Positions 48,234 to 59,625 of a DNA stretch of 64,000 bases are shown piece by piece. The translations under genes and the position numbers were made by a program. Source of the DNA: Pristiophorus japonicus (taxonomy: Eukaryota); contig NC_091999.1 of assembly GCF_044704955.1 (NCBI RefSeq), forward strand, positions 15,314,001 through 15,378,000, given 5' to 3'. Position 1 is the first letter of the stretch. Each line of letters starts with the position of its first letter. The notes under the pieces are model-generated. The model ran no database searches, was not told where the DNA came from, and was given only the letters and a program-made list of their open reading frames with translations.

Positions 48234-49845
48234 CTCCATGTCCGTTGTACTCCGTAGAGGACGAAATCCACATTGTGACTTCAGGAGAAGGTCCTCAGCC
48301 ACAGGGGAAGACGGTTGAGGAGGATTCTAGCGATGACTTTCCCAGTGGCTGGTAACAGGGAGACTCATCTGTAATTGCCACAGTCGGACTTGTCCCCTTT
48401 GTTAAAGATGATCACGATTACTACATCTCTGAGATCTCCAGGCCTGCTCTCCTCCTTCCAGATGAGAGAGATGAGGTCATGCATTCATGCCAATGTTGCT
48501 TCTCCACCATACTTTAGTGCCTCAGCGGGGATTCCATCCACTCCCATTGCCTTGTTGTTCTTGAGCTGGTGGATGGCCTTTTCTATCTCGTGCAGGGTTT
48601 AGGTTTTGCTGAGATGTTGGCGGGCAGCATGCTGCAGGATGGAGTCGAGGACACTCGAGTCAAAGGCAGAGTCTCGGTTAAGGACATCTTTGAAGTGTTC
48701 CTTCCAGCGGATCCTGACTGCCTCAGTGTCCTTGTTGAGTGTTTCCCCATTCTTGGCCAGCAGTGAGGTGGTGCCTTGGGAGTTTGGGCCAGAGGTGGCC
48801 TTGACTGCAATGAAGAATCCTTGCACATTATGGCTGCCAGACAGCTGCTGAAACTCCTGTGATTTCTACACCCACCATCTATGCTTTAGGTCACAGGTTT
48901 TTTCTTGGACCTCGGCCTTAAGCCCTCTGTAATTCTGCTTTGCTGCTCCCGAGTTGGGTTGTTGTTTTAGTTTCAGAAATACCCTGTGCTTGCAATTAAT
49001 TAGCTCTTGGATCTCCTGGTCATTCTCATCAAACCAGTCCTGTTGTTTCCTCGATCAGGCCAACATCCCCAGCATCGAAGCATTGACCACACTCGACCAG
49101 CTGCATTGGGTGGGCCACATTGTTCACAACTATTTTAAGTAGAACACTAATCAAGTTGCCCTGATTAAAGGCTGGAGGGGGGTCACACTTCAGAAACTTT
49201 CATTAAAGTGCCCCCTTGTTTTTTTTTGTAGGGAACCAAACGCACAAATTAACAATTCAACATAAAGGTAACTTTTGTCAAATCAAATCAAATTAATTAA
49301 AATTACAACTCTGTTCTCTCTGGAATGATGCCCTCCAGTCTCTCTGGTGCTCACCTCTCATGGAAGGCCACGAGTCTACCGGTGGACACTGCATGCTCAA
49401 TCTCCAGGGATACCCTGGCTCGACACATTGTTCACATGCCTGACACAAGACTCCAAAAGCAAGGCTCTACTCGGAACTCCTACATGGCAAGCGAGCCTAC
49501 AGTGGGCAGAGGAAACCTTTCAACGACACCCTCAAAGGCTCCTTGATCAAATTCAACAACCCCCCGATACCGATGAGTCCCTGACAAAAGTCTGTCCTAA
49601 GTTGAGGAAGTGCATCCGGGAGGGCTCTGAGCACCTCGAGTCTCATCGCTGAGTGCATGCAGAAACCAAGCATCGGAGCATGTGGCAAACCAGTCCCACC
49701 CACCCATTCGTTCAACGACTCTCTGTCCCACCTGTGACAGATACTGTGATTCCCGTATTGAACTGTTTGGTCACCTAAGACCTCACTTTTAGAGTGTAAG
49801 CAAGTCTTCCTCGATTTCGACGGACTGCCTGTGATGATGATGATG
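48234..49845. mobile_element. RTE LINE with inverted 5' part (- 48234-49040; + 49045-49845)
   Basis: Minus strand encodes RWKEHFKDVLN and an RT start. Plus strand carries ANIPSIEAL..W.GHIV and a (GAT)n tail at ~49833-49845. Confidence 0.8.
49129..49423 (-). mobile_element. Old Tx1 3' fragment inserted in the RTE
   Basis: Homologous to the Tx1 ORF2 end at 52270-52370, with a 13-bp TSD CACATTGTTCACA (49116-49128, 49424-49436). Confidence 0.8.
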
Positions 49846-50680
49846 TGCACCTAACCTGTGTTGTGCCTGTCCTGTGCATTTTTGGATTGGCTGTTTAGAG
49901 CGACGTTTACCCTGCATCTAAATTATGCTGTACTTGCCCTGGGAGTGTTTAATGGGACAGTGTCGAGGGAGCATTACTCCGTATCTAACTGGTGCTGTAC
50001 CTGACCTGGGAGTGTTTGATTCGTCACTGTAGATGGAGCTTTACTCTGTATCTAACATGTGCTGTACATGCCCTGGGAGTGTTTGATGGGACAGTGGAGA
50101 GGGAGCTTTACTCTGTATCTAATTTATGCTGTACCTGCCCTGGGAGTGTTTGATTGGTCACTGTAGAGGGAGCTTTACTCTGTATCGAACATGTGCTGTA
50201 CCTGCCACCAGTACGCTTGCAGCCTTTTGTAAGAAGTCAGCACCGGAGGGACTGGAGTGCATTATCACCTCCAGCAACCAAATTTTAATTTAATTTAAGT
50301 TTACCGTCCAAAGTTTCATTGGATTATTTTGTCGGTTATAGTGTCCCCACCCCCCTTTAATCAGGGTGCATTTGATTTAGAGATCAACAACAAACTAGTT
50401 GTGCTGTAACTGCTCTGTGATTTTTTTCTTGGGATAGTCTCGTGGGAGCTTTATTCTGTATCTAACCTATGCTGTGCATGCCCTGGGAATACCTGGTGGG
50501 ACAATGCAGATGGATCCTTGCTGTGTATTTAATATGTGCTGCACCTGCCCTGGGAGTGTTTGATGAGTCAGCGTACAGCAAGCTTTAAATTGTAACTAAC
50601 CCGTGCTGTACCTGCCCTGGGATTCTTTAGGACAGTACAGAGGGAGCTTTACTCTGTGTATAACCCGTGCAGTATCTGCC
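49846..50680 (-). repeat. 67-bp satellite
   Basis: Same unit as 42125-43717. Confidence 0.88.
50206..50399 (+). mobile_element. Old Tx1 3' fragment inserted in the satellite
   Basis: gcaccggagggactggagtgcattatcacc (APEGLECIIT) with a ~14-bp TSD tgtgctgta(c/a)ctgc. Confidence 0.75.
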
Positions 50681-50689
50681 CCACTTCTG

Positions 50690-51900
50690 CTCCGATTTTT
50701 CATGCTCTTATGTACCCAGCATGCCCCGCGGGCGAGAATGTGCCGCACCCAGACTACAGGAGCTCAGTGCGCAGGCGCGGGCCCTGGCTGTGTTTGGAGC
50801 ATGCGCGGTGCGTGTAATGGCGGAGAAGACATGTTTTGTACAGGCTCCTCAGAAGTATCCTTTTCATCGGGACGGAGCGGAGTAAGGGACCAGCGGGAAG
50901 CTGGGGAGGCTTCAGAAACAACCGGTGCCCGCCGCAAGCCCGGAGTAATAATCGGAATAACGGCGGTTGCAGCTTCGGGGCTTTCTCCGGTCACAGGCCC
51001 GGCTAACGACGGCCATCTTCGTACAGGAGGGCAGGTTCCGCGTTCGGCCATCTTGATTGAGTGAGTAGCACAGCGCATGCGCGACCATCTTGGTGCAGGA
51101 CCAATGTGAATGATGTCACTGTCTGGAACTGAACCCAGCCAGAGTCAGTCCCTTCAGGGGAGGGGAACCAGTGAGTGTAGAACTGAACCCAGCCAGAGTC
51201 AGTACCTTCAGGGGAGGGGAACCAGTGAGTGTAGAACTGAACCCAACCAGAGTCAGTACCTTCAGGGGAGGGGGACTAGTGAGTGTAGAACTGAACCCAG
51301 CCAGAGTCAGTACCTTCAGGGACCAGTGATTGATTGGTGCCGCGACCCCGACACTGATTGGCGCGGAGCAGCGCGCTGGGTGGAGCTGGTGCCCCGCGCC
51401 GCCTCGCCATTGGCTGCGGGCTGAGTGTTGTGGGCGGGCGGTTGGGGGGTTTGTTGGTGGGCTCCGCTCGCAGCCTTTGAGCTCGGGCCCAGGTGAGGCG
51501 AGGCGAGGCGGAGTTGTGCGCAGGCGTGGGGCCAGCCTATTGTGGGAGGTTAGCTGCGGATGGACGATGTTTAGCCCTCCCCCCGCGGAGGATGGATGAG
51601 CAGCCCGGGCAGTGCGCCCAGCCTCCCTGAGGACTCACGGACACGCGCAGGCGGTGAGATTTGCCGCCAAGTCGGCGGGTGGCGGCTGCAGGGCACCTTC
51701 GGGCGGGGACGGGCCTTGGATACCGTCGGAGGTTGCCGGGAGTTCAGCCGCCATCTTTGGGCAGCATGGGTCCGCCCGCCACGGGGAGCAGGGAACAACA
51801 GGGGCGGGGCTTCCTCGACGTCACAATATTTTCCATTGTCCCGCTGCAGGGCTGGGAGCATGCACGGCAGCCATCTTACTGCAGGGAGCAGATGCAGGAT
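50690..51900. promoter_or_regulatory. CpG island with housekeeping-promoter motifs
   Basis: High GC and CpG content. NRF1-type TGCGCAGGCGC (~50768) and GCGCATGCGC (~51073), YY1-type GCCATCTT (~51012, 51048, 51750, 51870), and several CCAAT/ATTGG boxes (51100-51411). Confidence 0.65.
51126..51321. repeat. 54-bp tandem repeat (~3.6 copies)
   Basis: GAACTGAACCCAGCCAGAGTCAGTACCTTCAGGGGAGGGGAACCAGTGAGTGTA. Confidence 0.92.
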
Positions 51901-52032
51901 GGGGACCAGTGACATGAATACATGAAAATATCAGAAATAGGAGATGCGTCGGCCCTTTGGTCCCTCGAGCCTGCCACCATTCAATAAGATGATGGCTGCA
52001 GCATCTGGGGTGGTTCTCCTTGGAGCAGTGAA

Positions 52033-54260
52033 ACTCTTTTAGAGTCTACCTGCAAAACATAAAACATGTATCCGTGCCACCCGACCTGGATGACACACCA
52101 GACATTTACAAGGCCCTTTTTTTCTTCTTTTTTTTTTTCTTTGGCACTAAAATCAAAATTTTCCTTTTTCCAGTGCCCCCTATAAAAGGAGAGGGGGACA
52201 TTAAAAGCACCGGCAATTAAAAACAAAATAAACTTTAAAACGTAAAATCAAATTAAAACTTGGTTGCCGGGCGTGATGATGCACTCCAGTCCCTCCGGTG
52301 CCCACCTCTCGCGGAAGGCCGCGAGCGTACCGGTGGACACCGCGTGCTCCATCTCCAAGGACACCCTGGACCGGATGTAAGAGCGGAAGAGAGGCAGGCA
52401 GTCAGGTTGAACGACCCCCTCGACCGCCCGCTGCCTGGACCGGCTGATGGCACCCTTGGCCGTGCCGAGGAGCAGTCCTACGAGGAGGCCTTCGGACCTA
52501 CCCGCTCCCCTCCGCACAGGGTGCCCAAAGATCAGGAGAGTGGGACTGAAGTGCAGCCAGAATTTCAGGAGCAGCCCCTTCAAATAATGGAAAAGGGGCT
52601 GCAACCTCGCGCACTCAATAAAAACATGGAACACGGACTCCTCCAGACCGCAGAAATTGCAGGCGGCCTGGGAGTCCGTGAACCGGCTTAAAAATTTATT
52701 GCACGGCACTGCTCCGTGCACCACCCTCCAGGCCAAGTCCCCGATGAATAGTGGGAGGACCCCCGCGTAGAGTGCCCTCCATCGGGGACCCCCGCCTCCT
52801 CCGGACGGCAAGATGGTACGCCATGGCGTGTCCGGACGGCCGGCGAGGATGGCAAAGTTGAGAGTGTGCAGGAGCAGCCCGTACAGGAAACCCCTCCGCG
52901 CGGAACTGAAAGGCACGGAGGGGATTTCCCCGAGGCGGCTCAAGTTGTGAGGCGCCGGCCCCCGAGGGAGGTTCCGGGGTTTGGCGCCGATGAGGAATTC
53001 CATCCGGACGGGGGTCAGTTCAGACGGGATCTCCCCACGTGCTTGAGCCTCCTTGATGCACCTAACGGAGTCAGGGCCCAGAGCTGTTTTTAGCAACTCG
53101 ATGGTATCGGCCACGTGGCGGACGTTGGCAGAGTTTAGGCGCCGCGCCAGCGTGTCTGGCGCCATCCAGCCCGCTCCACCGCCATCGAGCAGGTCCCTGA
53201 CCCTGGTCACCTCACCAGCCACAGCCCTCTCTTCCGACCGCCACATAAAACCTCGGTCGTGGAGGTACGGATTCCCGAGCAGCGGCTCCTGCAGGACGGC
53301 CGCCACTCCAGCCGGCGGAGAGCTGCGCTTGGTGGAGACGTTGTTCCAGACCCTGATGAGTTCCCTGTAAAAGACAGGCAGCTCCCGGAGGGCGGTCCTG
53401 GCACCCCCCCAAGTTCACAAACAGGAGCTGCGTGTCATAATTGAGGCCGTGCTGCTGGCGGAAGAAATACCTCGCCAGAGCACACCACCTAGGAGGGGGC
53501 TCGACGTAAAGGTATCTCTGCAGGGTCTGAAGACGGAAAGTCGCGAGCTGGGCGCTGACGCACACCAACGACTGACCGCCCTCCTCAAGCGGGAGACTCA
53601 AGACCGCAGCAGAGACCCAGTGCTTCCTGTTGTTCCAGAAGAAGTCCACCAGCTTCTTCTGTATCTTGGCGACAAACGCAGGGGGAGGGGTCAAAGTGAC
53701 CAGCCGGTACCACAACATTTCGGCCACCAGCTAGTTTATGACTAGCGCTCGACCCCTGTAGGACAGTACTCGGAGCAGTCCTGTCCAGCGCCCTAGGCAA
53801 GCGGCGACCTTGGCCTCCAGCTCCTGCCAGTTCGCCGGCCAGACTCCCTCGTCGGGGCTAAGGTAGACTCCCAGATAGAGGAGATGGGCCGTGCTCCAGG
53901 CAAAAGGCCTGAGCTCCTCCGGCAGGGAGTCCACCCGCCACTGACCCACCAGGAGTCCGGAACAGTTCTCCCAGTTGATCCTGGCGGAGGACGCGGCCGA
54001 GTAAATCTCCTGGCACTCACGCATCCTCCGCAGGTCAGCGGGATCCTCTACCGCGAGGAGCATGTCATCAGCGTAAGCCGAGAGGACGACCTCCACGCCC
54101 GGCCCTTGCAGAGCCAGTCCCGTCAACCTCGTCCACAAGAGGCGCAGGAAAGGCTCCACGCAAACGGCGTATAACTGGCCGGACATGGGGCATCCCTGGC
54201 GCACCCGTCTCCTAAAGCGAAGGGGCGCCGTCAAGGACCCGTTAACCTTAATCAGACACT
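52033..54260 (-). mobile_element. Tx1-clade non-LTR retrotransposon, 5'-truncated copy A
   Basis: RT motifs VRQGCPMS, AYADD and YLGV plus the zinc-knuckle CNFCGLEESVFHVFIEC. Stop at 53731-53733 and frameshift at the C7 run 53404-53410. Confidence 0.93.
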
Positions 54261-54273
54261 CTGGAGCAGTGAA

Positions 54274-56508
54274 ACTCTTTTGAGTTAACCTGCAAAACAT
54301 AAAACATGTATCCGTGCCACCCGACCTGGATGACACACACAAGACATTTACAAGGCCCTTTTTTTTTTTTTTTTTTTGTGGTTTTTTTTTGGGCACTAAA
54401 ATCAAATTTTTCCTTTTTTCCAGTGCCCCCTATAAAAGGAGAGGGGGACACTAAAAGCACCGGCAATTAAAACAAATTAACTTTAAAACGTAAAATCAAA
54501 TTAAAATTTGGTTGCCGGGCGTGATGATGCACTCCAGTCCCTCCGGTGCCCACCTCTCGCGGAAGGCCGCGAGCGTACCGGTGGACACCGCGTGCTCCAT
54601 CTCCAAGGACACCCTGGACCGGATGTAAGAGCGGAAGAGAGGCAGGCAGTCAGGTTGAACGACCCCCTCGACCGCCCGCTGCCTGGACCGGCTGATGGCA
54701 CACTTGGCCGTGCCCAGGAGCAGTCCTACGAGGAGGCCTTCGGACCTACCCGCTCCCCTCCGCACAGGGTGCCCAAAGATCAGGAGAGTGGGACTGAAGT
54801 GCAGCCAGAATTTCAGGAGCAGCCCCTTCAAATAGTGGAACAGGGGCTGCAACCTTGTGCATTCAATAAAAACATGGAACACGGACTCCTCCAGACCGCA
54901 GAAATTGCAGGCGGCCTGGGAGTCCGTGAACCGGCTTAAAAATTTGTTGCACGGCACTGCTCCGTGCACCACCCTCCAGGCCAAGTCCCCGATGAATAGT
55001 GGGAGGACCCCTGCGTAGAGTGCCCTCCATCGGGGACCCCCGCCTCCTCCGGACGGCAAGATGGTACGCCATGGCGTGTCCGGACGGCCGGCGAGGATGG
55101 CAAAGTTGAGGGTGTGCAGGAGCAGCCCGTACAGGAAACCCCTCCGCGCGGAACTGAAAGGCACGGAGGGGATTTCCCCGAGGCGGCTCAAGTTGTGAGG
55201 CGCCGGCCCCCGAGGGAGGTTCCGGGGTTTGGCGCCGATGAGGAATTCCGTCCGGACGGGGGTCAGTTCGGACGGGATCTCCCCACGTGCTTGAGCCTCC
55301 TCGATGCACCTAACGGAGTCAGGGCCCAGAGCTGTTTTTAGCGACTCGATGGCATCGGCCGCGTGGCAGACGTTGGCAGAATTTAGGCGCCGCGCCAGCG
55401 TGTCTAGCGCCATCCAGCCCGCTCCTCCGCCATCGAGCAGGTCCCTGACCCTGGTCACCTCACCAGCCACAGCCCTCTCTTCCGACCGCCACATAAAACC
55501 TCGGCCGTGGAGGTACGGATTCCCGAGCAGCGGTTCCTGCAGGACGGCCGCCACTCCAGCCGGCGGAGAGCTGCGCTTGGTGGAGACTTTGTTCCAGACC
55601 CTGATGAGTTCCCTGTAAAAGACAGGCAGCTCCCGGAGGGCGGTCCTGGCACCCCCCCAAGTTCACAAACAGGAGCTGCGTGTCATAATTGAGGTCGAGC
55701 TGCTGGCGGAAGAAATACCTCGCCAGAGCACACCACCTAGGAGGGGGCTCGACGTAAAGGTATCTCTGCAGGGTCTGAAGACGGAAAGTCGCGAGCTGGG
55801 CGCTGACGCACACCAACGACTGACCGCCCTCCTCAAGCGGGAGACTCAGGACCGCGGCAGAGACCCAGTGCTTCCTGTTGTTCCAGAAGAAGTCCACCAG
55901 CTTCTTCTGTATCTTGGCGACAAACGCAGGGGGAGGGGTCAAAGTGACCAGCCGGTACCACAACATTGCGGCCACCAGCTAGTTTATGACTAGCGCTCGA
56001 CCCCTGTAGGACAGTACTCGGAGCAGTCCTGTCCAGCGCCCTAGGCAAGCGGCGACCTTGGCCTCCAGCTCCTGCCAGTTCGCCGGCCAGACTCCCTCGT
56101 CGGGGCTAAGGTAGACTCCCAGATAGAGGAGATGGGTCGTGCTCCAGGCAAAAGGCCTGAGCTCCTCCGGCAGGGAGTCCACCCGCCACTGACCCACCAG
56201 GAGTCCGGAACATTTCTCCCAGTTGATCCTGGCGGAGGACGCGGCCGAGTAAATCTCCTGGCACTCACGCATCCTCCGCAGGTCAGCGGGATCCTCTACC
56301 GCGAGGAGCACGTCATCGGCGTAAGCCGAGAGGACGACCTCCACGCCCGGCCCTTGCAGAGCCAGTCCCGTCAACCTCGTCCGCAAGAGGCGCAGGAAAG
56401 GCTCCACGCAAACGGCGTATAACTGGCCGGACATGGGGCATCCCTGGCGCACCCGTCTCCTAAAGCGAAGGGGCGCCGTCAAGGACCCGTTAACCTTAAT
56501 CAGACACT
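54274..56508 (-). mobile_element. Tx1 copy B
   Basis: Near-identical to copy A, with the same 5' truncation, stop (55979-55981) and frameshift (55652-55658). Confidence 0.93.
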
Positions 56509-56521
56509 CTGGAGCAGTGAA

Positions 56522-57177
56522 ACTCTTTTGAGTTAACCTGCAAAACATAAAACATGTATCCGTGCCACCCGACCTGGATGACACACACAAGACATTTACA
56601 AGGCCCTTTTTTGTTTTTTTTTTGGTTTTTTTTGTGGGTTTTTTTTTTGGGCACTAAAATCAAATTTTTCCTTTTTCCAGTGCCCCCTATCTGGAGCAGT
56701 GAAATGTTTTCTGTTCTCCTCCTCTCCCTCTGGATAAAAGTTGGTGTTGAAGCCCCTTCCTTCTTTTCCTGGGCTGGTCTCAGGGCTCTCCAGGCAGGAG
56801 CACAAGTTGATAGCTGCCTCTCTCACTGCTCACAGCTCCAACTGAGCAGGACACGCCTCCACTCCTCCACGATTGGTTCCTTGTGCATGAAACTCTTTTG
56901 AGTTTACCTGCGAAAACATAAAACATTAAACTGTGCCACCCGACCTGGGTGACACACCAGACATTTACAAGGCCCTTTTTTCCTTTTTTTTGGTTTTTTT
57001 TTGTGTTTTTCTTTTTTTTTTTGGGGCACTAAAATCACAATTTTTTCCGGTGCCCCCTATAAAAGGGAAGGGGACACTAAAAACACCGGCAATTAAAACA
57101 AATTAAACTTTAAAACGTAAAATCAAATTAAAATTTGGTTGCCGGGCGTGATGATGCACTCCAGTCCCTCCGGTGCC
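56522..57177 (-). mobile_element. Two short Tx1 3'-end copies (56522-56690, 56892-57177) flanking a non-ORF segment (56704-56877)
   Basis: 3' UTR sequence bounded by target duplications CTGGAGCAGTGAA and TCCTTRTGCATGAA. Confidence 0.88.
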
Positions 57178-57191
57178 TCCTTATGCATGAA

Positions 57192-59604
57192 ACTCTTTTG
57201 AGTTTACCTGCAAAACATAAAACATTAAGACCATGCCACCCGACCTGGGTGACACACAAGACATTTACAAGGCCCTTTTTTTTTTTTTTTTGTGGTTTTT
57301 TTTTGGGCACTAAAATCAAATTTTTCCTTTTTTCCAGTGCCCCCTATAAAAGGAGAGGGGGACACTAAAAGCACCGGCAATTAAAACAAATTAACTTTAA
57401 AACGTAAAATCAAATTAAAATTTGGTTGCCGGGCGTGATGATGCACTCCAGTCCCTCCGGTGCCCACCTCTCGCGGAAGGCCGCGAGCGTACCGGTGGAC
57501 ACCGCGTGCTCCATCTCCAAGGACACCCTGGACCGGATGTAAGAGCGGAAGAGAGGCAGGCAGTCAGGTTGAACGACCCCCTCGACCGCCCGCTGCCTGG
57601 ACCGGCTGATGGCACCCTTGGCCGTGCCCAGGAGCAGTCCTATGAGGAGGCCTTCGGACCTACCCGCTCCCCTCCGCACAGGGTGCCCAAAGATCAGGAG
57701 AGTGGGACTGAAGTGCAGCCAGAATTTCAGGAGCAGCCCCTTCAAATAGTGGAACAGGGGCTGCAACCTTGTGCATTCAATAAAAACATGGAACACGGAC
57801 TCCTCCAGACCGCAGAAATTGCAGGCGGCCTGGGAGTCCGTGAACCGGCTTAAAAATTTGTTGCACGGCACTGCTCCGTGCACCACCCTCCAGGCCAAGT
57901 CCCCGATGAATAGTGGGAGGACCCCTGCGTAGAGTGCCCTCCATCGGGGACCCCCGCCTCCTCCGGACGGCAAGATGGTACGCCATGGCGTGTCCGGACG
58001 GCCGGCGAGGATGGCAAAGTTGAGGGTGTGCAGGAGCAGCCCGTACAGGAAACCCCTCCGCGCGGAACTGAAAGGCACGGAGGGGATTTCCCCGAGGCGG
58101 CTCAAGTTGTGAGGCGCCGGCCCCCAAGGGAGGTTCCGGGGTTTGGCGCCGATGAGGAATTCCGTCCGGACGGGGGTCAGTTCGGACGGGATCTCCCCAC
58201 GTGCTTGAGCCTCCTCGATGCACCTAACGGAGTCAGGGCCCAGAGCTGTTTTTAGCGATTCGATGGCATCGGCCGCGTGGCAGACGTTGGCAGAATTTAG
58301 GCGCCGCGCCAGCGTGTCTAGCGCCATCCAGCCCGCTCCTCCGCCATCGAGCAGGTCCCTGACCCTGGTCACCTCACCAGCCACAGCCCTCTCTTCCGAC
58401 CGCCACATAAAACCTCGGCCGTGGAGGTACGGATTCCCGAGCAGCGGTTCCTGCAGGACGGCCGCCACTCCAGCCGGCGGAGAGCTGCGCTTGGTGGAGA
58501 CTTTGTTCCAGACCCTGATGAGTTCCCTGTAAAAGACAGGCAGCTCCCGGAGGGCGGTCCTGGCACCCCCCCAAGTTCACAAACAGGAGCTGCGTGTCAT
58601 AATTGAGGTCGAGCTGCTGGCGGAAGAAATACCTCGCCAGAGCACACCACCTAGGAGGGGGCTCGACGTAAAGGTATCTCTGCAGGGTCTGAAGACGGAA
58701 AGTCGCGAGCTGGGCGCTGACGCACACCAACGACTGACCGCCCTCCTCAAGCGGGAGACTCAGGACCGCGGCAGAGACCCAGTGCTTCCTGTTGTTCCAG
58801 AAGAAGTCCACCAGCTTCTTCTGTATCTTGGCGACAAACGCAGGGGGAGGGGTCAAAGTGACCAGCCGGTACCACAACATTGCGGCCACCAGCTAGTTTA
58901 TGACTAGCGCTCGACCCCTGTAGGACAGTACTCGGAGCAGTCCTGTCCAGCGCCCTAGGCGAGCGGCGACCTTGGCCTCCAGCTCCTGCCAGTTCGCCGG
59001 CCAGACTCCCTCGTCGGGGCTAAGGTAGACTCCCAGATAGAGGAGATGGGTCGTGCTCCAGGCAAAAGGCCTGAGCTCCTCCGGCAGGGAGTCCACCCGC
59101 CACTGACCCACCAGGAGTCCGGAACATTTCTCCCAGTTGATCCTGGCGGAGGACGCGGCCGAGTAAATCTCCTGGCACTCACGCATCCTCCGCAGGTCAG
59201 CGGGATCCTCTACCGCGAGGAGCACGTCATCGGCGTAAGCCGAGAGGACGACCTCCACGCCCGGCCCTTGCAGAGCCAGTCCCGTCAACCTCGTCCGCAA
59301 GAGGCGCAGGAAAGGCTCCACGCAAACGGCGTATAACTGGCCGGACATGGGGCATCCCTGGCGCACCCCTCTCCTAAAGCGAAGGGGCGCCGTCAAGGAC
59401 CCGTTAACCTTAATCAGACACTCTGGAGCAGTGAAACTCTTTTGAGTTAACCTGCAAAACATAAAACATGTATCCGTGCCACCCGACCTGGATGACACAC
59501 ACAAGACATTTACAAGGCCCTTTTTTGTTTTTTTTTTGGTTTTTTTTGTGGGTTTTTTTTTTGGGCACTAAAATCAAATTTTTCCTTTTTCCAGTGCCCC
59601 CTAT
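57192..59604 (-). mobile_element. Tx1 copy C (57192-59422) plus short 3'-end copy (59436-59604)
   Basis: Near-identical to copy B, with the same stop (58893-58895) and frameshift (58566-58572). The terminal ~70 bp of its 3' UTR is a different variant. Confidence 0.93.
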
Positions 59605-59625
59605 CTGGAGCAGTGAAGGTGCAGG

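Noticed and set aside
49116-50413. Strict target specificity for all Tx1 copies
   Set aside because: The two older Tx1 fragments have unrelated TSDs, so any specificity applies only to the young subfamily.
51110-51424. ORF with an 18-aa repeat (TEPSQSQYLQGRGTSECR)
   Set aside because: Explained by a 54-bp tandem repeat in GC-rich DNA, with no recognisable domain or other coding evidence.
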